A stretch of DNA of 64,000 nucleotides from Marsupella aquatica (Eukaryota; Plantae; Marchantiophyta), in assembly GCA_973895155.1 (NCBI GenBank), contig OZ316899.1, positions 186,001-250,000 of the forward strand. The letters run 5' to 3'. Under the pieces are notes generated by a model. The model made no database searches, was not told the DNA's origin, and was given only the letters and a program-made list of their open reading frames with translations. A program made the position numbers and the translations under genes. Positions 59,200-64,000 of the stretch are shown here, one piece after another (positions within the stretch are counted from its first letter, which is position 1; the number at the start of each line of letters is the position of its first letter).

Positions 59200-60417
59200 T
59201 TATGAATTATCTCTCAATCTCTCATCCATTGGGGATCCCATGATAGTGTCGGGATTCTCGATGTCTGTCAGAGAGAGGTGATGTGTAGTCCTAGGGGCTT
59301 TTGATTGTCCTTCGGTGAATGGATGTTTTGATTGGATAGGACTCTGGGTGGGTGAATAAATGGAAGTGGGACTGTATGGAGTAATACAGTTATAGGTTGG
59401 CGAGGGTTGAGTAACAGAAGCAGTCCTTAATCTATCTTCAATAGGGAGGATTTCTTCTGGATCACAGGTCAGCATTCTGGACAAACTGTCTACTATATCC
59501 TGATTAAAAATAGCCTTCCCACCATCAATCAATTTCTCTGGATGATTGTGTTCACTGGCAGGGATAACAGGGAGAGGAGAGTGGTCGGTCGGACTACTAT
59601 TAGTATGGTAAGGTGTAATCTCAACGTGAGGATTAATATCCTCATCCATAAGTTCCAGAGCAGTTGGTATAATTTCTTGATGACTGGCTTCTGATGTTTC
59701 CTCCATTCTCAGATCATCGAGTCTCGAATCAGCCTCCGAATGTTCCACATCTAATTCCTCCAATAGTGCAATCCTTTCGAGCTTCTCCTGTGGGAGTAGA
59801 CAGTCTCCATACCAGTAAAGTTGACTGAGGTAAGCTGGGAGGTATGTAGGTTTTTCATTCTGTACAACATTGATTTGACTGAGGATGGTACGTGTGTCTC
59901 AGTAACAATCCCCAATTAACTTCAGCAAGTCCCTTCCATGAAGTAACAAATGTGTTCGCCAAAGATACAGGTACCATGTAAGGTCAAGTGGGATGGAAAA
60001 TCGGCACTAAAACTCAAGGATAATTTTGAAGGTATAATCAATACATTGATTTAGCTTCCATCCATCCTTCGTATTTCTCGTCCCAACGAACATTGGATCA
60101 GATAGAGTACTCTTTGCAGATTGTAAACCACAGCCTTCTGATGGACAACTAAAAGCGTCGGCCACAAATTCCAAGTCCCATTTTTTGGGATATGCTCGAA
60201 CAGTCTCCTGAAAAGTTTTGGGAATCTGAGACTCATCAGCGAACTCGCGCAAGTAGGTAGGACACACAGAAGACCACGGAATGGATAGAAGTTTTCCCAG
60301 GTGCATAACTTCTAGAGCATCGGTCAATAACATCAAATCCCTCTCCAGTGCGGGGTACTTCACAGGTACAGCTTTCAGAATAGGGGAATCGCCACTCATC
60401 TCCTCCACGCCCGCCAT
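59200..60417 (-). pseudogene. frameshifted gypsy-associated accessory ORF (LLSIPW...LREF...LEF.VPIFHP...LANTF...VNWG...YLPAYLSQLY type) with S/P-rich tail
   Basis: ORF 60007-60417, its continuation in shifted frames over 59760-60000, and ORF 59200-59763. Confidence 0.6.
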
Positions 60418-60689
60418 GGCAAGTTGTAGCCACGGTTCTTGGAATTTGATTCACTATTGCCACATAAATCTAAGTTGCAAAACGTTGGACGTATTGGCGT
60501 GATCGCGCATGAGCGTATAAATGCCACAGCGCTCAAGCATCTCTACATATGGGCGTATGATCGTCGAGGCCTTTGGTAGCAAACAGGGAAGTGGAAATAT
60601 TCATCGCGAGCAGGTGGTCCAGTAAGTCACTCTGTCACTCCCTCCTCATCGTCGATGGTTACTTTCGGTTACCGGCAGGGTGGGCTGCG

Positions 60690-60785
60690 TATAAGCGTCT
60701 GGGCGCATCAGCGCATAAGCGCCTATGCGTCTCAGCGCATCAGCGCATAAGCGCCTATGCGTCTCAGCGCGTAAGCGTATAAGCT
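60690..60785. repeat. 32-bp tandem duplication built from the GCGCATAAGC motif; motif recurs at ~62155-62200
   Basis: gcgcatcagcgcataagcgcctatgcgtctca x2; related gcgcataagc copies about 1.4 kb downstream. Confidence 0.7.
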
Positions 60786-62399
60786 GCTACTGTGACTCCG
60801 GTTTGACATGGCTGTAAAAGGAACTAGTTTTAGGAGACTATAGGGATGTACTTGAGGATGGCTTAACTACTCTAATGCTCCTAATTAATATAGATAACCT
60901 GAGGCGAATCACTACTTATCTCAAAAAGTTGAAAATCACACTAGGGACATAAATAAACATTTAAGATCCAAAACTCAGTATTCGTTCCCATGGAAGAACA
61001 TGTAAGGAATGATTTTCTATGATTTAGCACTTTTGAATGACTTAAGTAACAAAAACACAAAGGTGAGCCTTTTACTATGGTTGCTCAGCAAGGCATAGTT
61101 TTGAATGTTTGCTTAACATTGTAAATAAAATAACAAAATGGAAACAATTAACAAAACACAATAAAATCTTGAGGTATGGTGAGGGAGTCTGGAAAATACC
61201 AAGGTAACTTCTCAACATAACTTAATTTGAGATGATTTAAGGTATTGAACTTGTAAGGACATTTCTGGAATGGAATACTTTACTGGGATGGTTGTTAGGG
61301 TGCCGTCTACACATCTCAACCTTTCCTTCCGAGGTACTAAGTTAGGATTAACAACCAATCACTTCAGCATCCAATCGGTACTTTGAGTCACGAATATCAA
61401 ACACCATCATCAACAACTTAAAGTCATAGGTAATTGGGTGATAACATTCTTTGCACTTCGTGCACAAGCAATGTTATGCCAAAAACATATGCATCAAGAA
61501 CTCAAGAATGTATAGCCTTCACCAATTAAGGAATCTATCTCCATACATTCAAAAGATTCATCAATCATAAAGTTTTACTTCTCTGGTCTGAAATCTCAAC
61601 ATTCAAACACAAGGAAGGGGAAGAAATCCTTTGTATTAAGTACTCATCAATAACATAGAGTGCTTGCTACAAATGGAGGTAACAAAGTTGCAGACTTGCA
61701 ACTGAGCGCTCATGAAATTTCTTCACACAAGAAATGACATGAGAACTACTACTTATATGCTAGCAGGAACAAAAGGGAAAAGAGTTAATGAAAGGACATG
61801 CCCTTTCTTATCTCAAGGGTCATGGGTAAAAGTAAAGTAATAAAAGTGGACTATAGGAGTACCCAAGGTTCAGTGGAATGTTCCTGGAATGAAAAACTAA
61901 CTAAAATATATCTCAAGGGTTAACTATTGTAAAAGGGAATTTGTGGTAAAACTAATGAATAGGGGTTTTATCCAAATTTTAATTTCTAAACTAAAAGTCA
62001 TAAAATGTGAGACTTTGTTGAAGTGGTCTCTGATGTATATTCTTCATGCTGGTAAAATATGAGACTTTTCTGAGGTGCCTAAGTGTCTCAATAAAATAGG
62101 TAAAAGTATTAAAAATGTTACAGAAAACGAAAACCGGAAAATTTTCCAAGTGCTGGGCGCATGCGCGCATAAGCTCATAGGCGCATAAGCGCATTAGTGT
62201 TTTCGCGTCTAAGCAGAAAACAATAAAACTAAAATATTTTTAATTTTCAAACCACATGTCGGTTTGAGTTGAGATTTTCAGGGTAGGTTCTACTACGTAA
62301 GGGCTATCTCCTGGAAAAGTATGAGACTTTTCTGACTATCTTAACTATTTAACTAAAATTGCATGGATCTATATAACTTAACTATGGTCTTAGTAGAGC

Positions 62400-63652
62400 T
62401 AATCTTGTTGGAGTAGTGCCGTCGGATCTGGTTGCTGAGCTCTGGTGTAGGTGTTGGTCTGCATAGCTTCTCAAATTGCATCCATATCTTGAGTGTGATG
62501 CCGATAGAAAGGTAAGGACTTCCGCTGTCGTTCAAGATCAAGTACAGGAAGAAGCCTCCGATGTAGCATGGTATTTACCTTGCTAGCTTGCATGTAAATA
62601 CCAATGAAGTCGTAAGTGCAGCAAGTAGCATGGTAGTTTTGAGGAAACTTGGCCATGAATACCTCGGAGTCTTTGGCGAATGGTAGGAATGAAGTAACTC
62701 TAGGTAGGAGTTCACGCCACTTCAGAGTATACTCGTTAATCGCTGAGAAGTGATGTTATTCCAAATCCTCTGCTTCTCAAATACTATAGTAACAAATCGT
62801 TGGAGGACAACAAGCTAGACTGGAGAAGCTTCATGATTCATCTGAAATCTCCTCTTGGTTTGTCTTAAGAAGACAATGATGAACTCCAAGACATAAGCAG
62901 GTAGATTCCCGAAATAAGCTAGAGCTAGATCTCCATTCTCCAATACAAGGTGTCCAACGAGGATCATGACAGCGAGTATAGGGCAAAAATGCTCCGCTTC
63001 TGTCCAGATCTCATCCATCTCTGCTATCTCCAAGCGAGTGACCTCTAGCAGATGAAGTTTCAAGATATAAAGGCATTCAACTCTCTTCTTATGGTAATAT
63101 TTCCAAAACTCCAAAATAGGAGGGGATCTAAGGTCTGAGACTCTAACAAACTCAGCAAACTGTTAAATACTCTCCTGAGGGGTTTTTGGATCGATATGCA
63201 GAGTAGGGATAAAATTGACTTGGCATGACTTGTCTTGACTGGGTGGAAGAGTGTCAGGGAAAGAAGTGGCAAGATGTGCATCTGTAGGAGTGATCTCAGG
63301 TTCTGGAAAACTAGGGAAAAGTTGGTTTGGTTGGTTTGAAGGACTATAAGGAGAAGTAGGTGAATGGCTAGAAGGAGAACTAGAATAATAAAATGGGAGA
63401 GCCTGATGCTGAGGTATGATAGCGAACTGCAGAATAAACTTGCTTGGTGTTGTAGCCAAACATCTGAGTGAATCTGTGGACAAGATCTTCACAGTCTTCC
63501 AAGTGCTGGTCGTGGCTTGAAATACGTGATAATCTATACATAACCTCATCTAATACTTCGATCAAATGACCGGGATCACATTCCAACATCTTGCAAATCT
63601 CACCCACAAGATTAAAATAGTACTCAATTGGATGTCGGGGTGAAGTATTCAC
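62400..63652 (-). pseudogene. degenerate ORF of unknown (probably TE accessory) origin
   Basis: Consecutive same-strand open frames (63380-63652, 63163-63549, 62815-63114, 62471-62656) separated by frameshifts or stops. Shares an ML.CDP block with 59200-59763. Confidence 0.4.
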
Positions 63653-64000
63653 AATTTGTTGAAGATCTGTTCTCAGTGGTGGTAACGGTCTCCTCAGTAG
63701 GAGCGGATCGGGGAGTCGTCAGAGGGAGAGGCGAAAATCTGTAGCAGAGGTTGCTACCTCGAACCTGGACCAGGGCTACCCAGAGCGACTTGCGGGGAGG
63801 AATTCAAAACCTTTACCGAGAATAATTCGATTTCACTTACACTCATCTTGCCACATGCAAGGAGTAAAGTAGATTGAGTCGAGTCAAAATAATACGTCAG
63901 TTTGTTTACATGTATCACCAGGAAATGAAAATCAAAGTGGGCTCCAATCAAAAGGCCGCCCCTCTGTAAGCTTGCGTTTGCTGCTGGGACGATTGTTGAG

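Overview
Repeat-rich land-plant genomic DNA with GT/GC-AG introns and TTTAGGG motifs. A non-seed plant is inferred from the retroelement types but not proven. (1) 1-7616 is the 3' part of a decayed Ty3/gypsy element. Its 3' LTR is about 4.0 kb (3612-7616) and holds a TATA box plus an ~880-codon ORF. A solo copy of this LTR (36123-40113, 5-bp TSD CTAAC) interrupts the paralogous ORF of a related ORF-bearing LTR on the minus strand (~32331-40706). (2) 13687-16380 is a tandem pair: a stand-alone EDM2-type PHD-finger module followed by an AT-rich, intronless 2OG-Fe(II) dioxygenase of TET/JBP type. A decayed partial duplicate lies at ~30.3-30.7 kb. (3) complement(25296-28512) is a six-exon gene fusing the same retroelement accessory domain and a coiled coil to a TRF-like telobox Myb domain. 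(4) complement(41045-43684) encodes a tyrosine-recombinase-like domain fused to a RecQ helicase, resembling fungal telomere-linked helicases. (5) Further copies of the accessory-domain family, L1 LINE fragments, interstitial telomere motifs, minisatellites and a compact hairpin fill the rest. No rRNA, tRNA or CRISPR array was seen. All domain calls are from motif recognition by eye; no database search was run.
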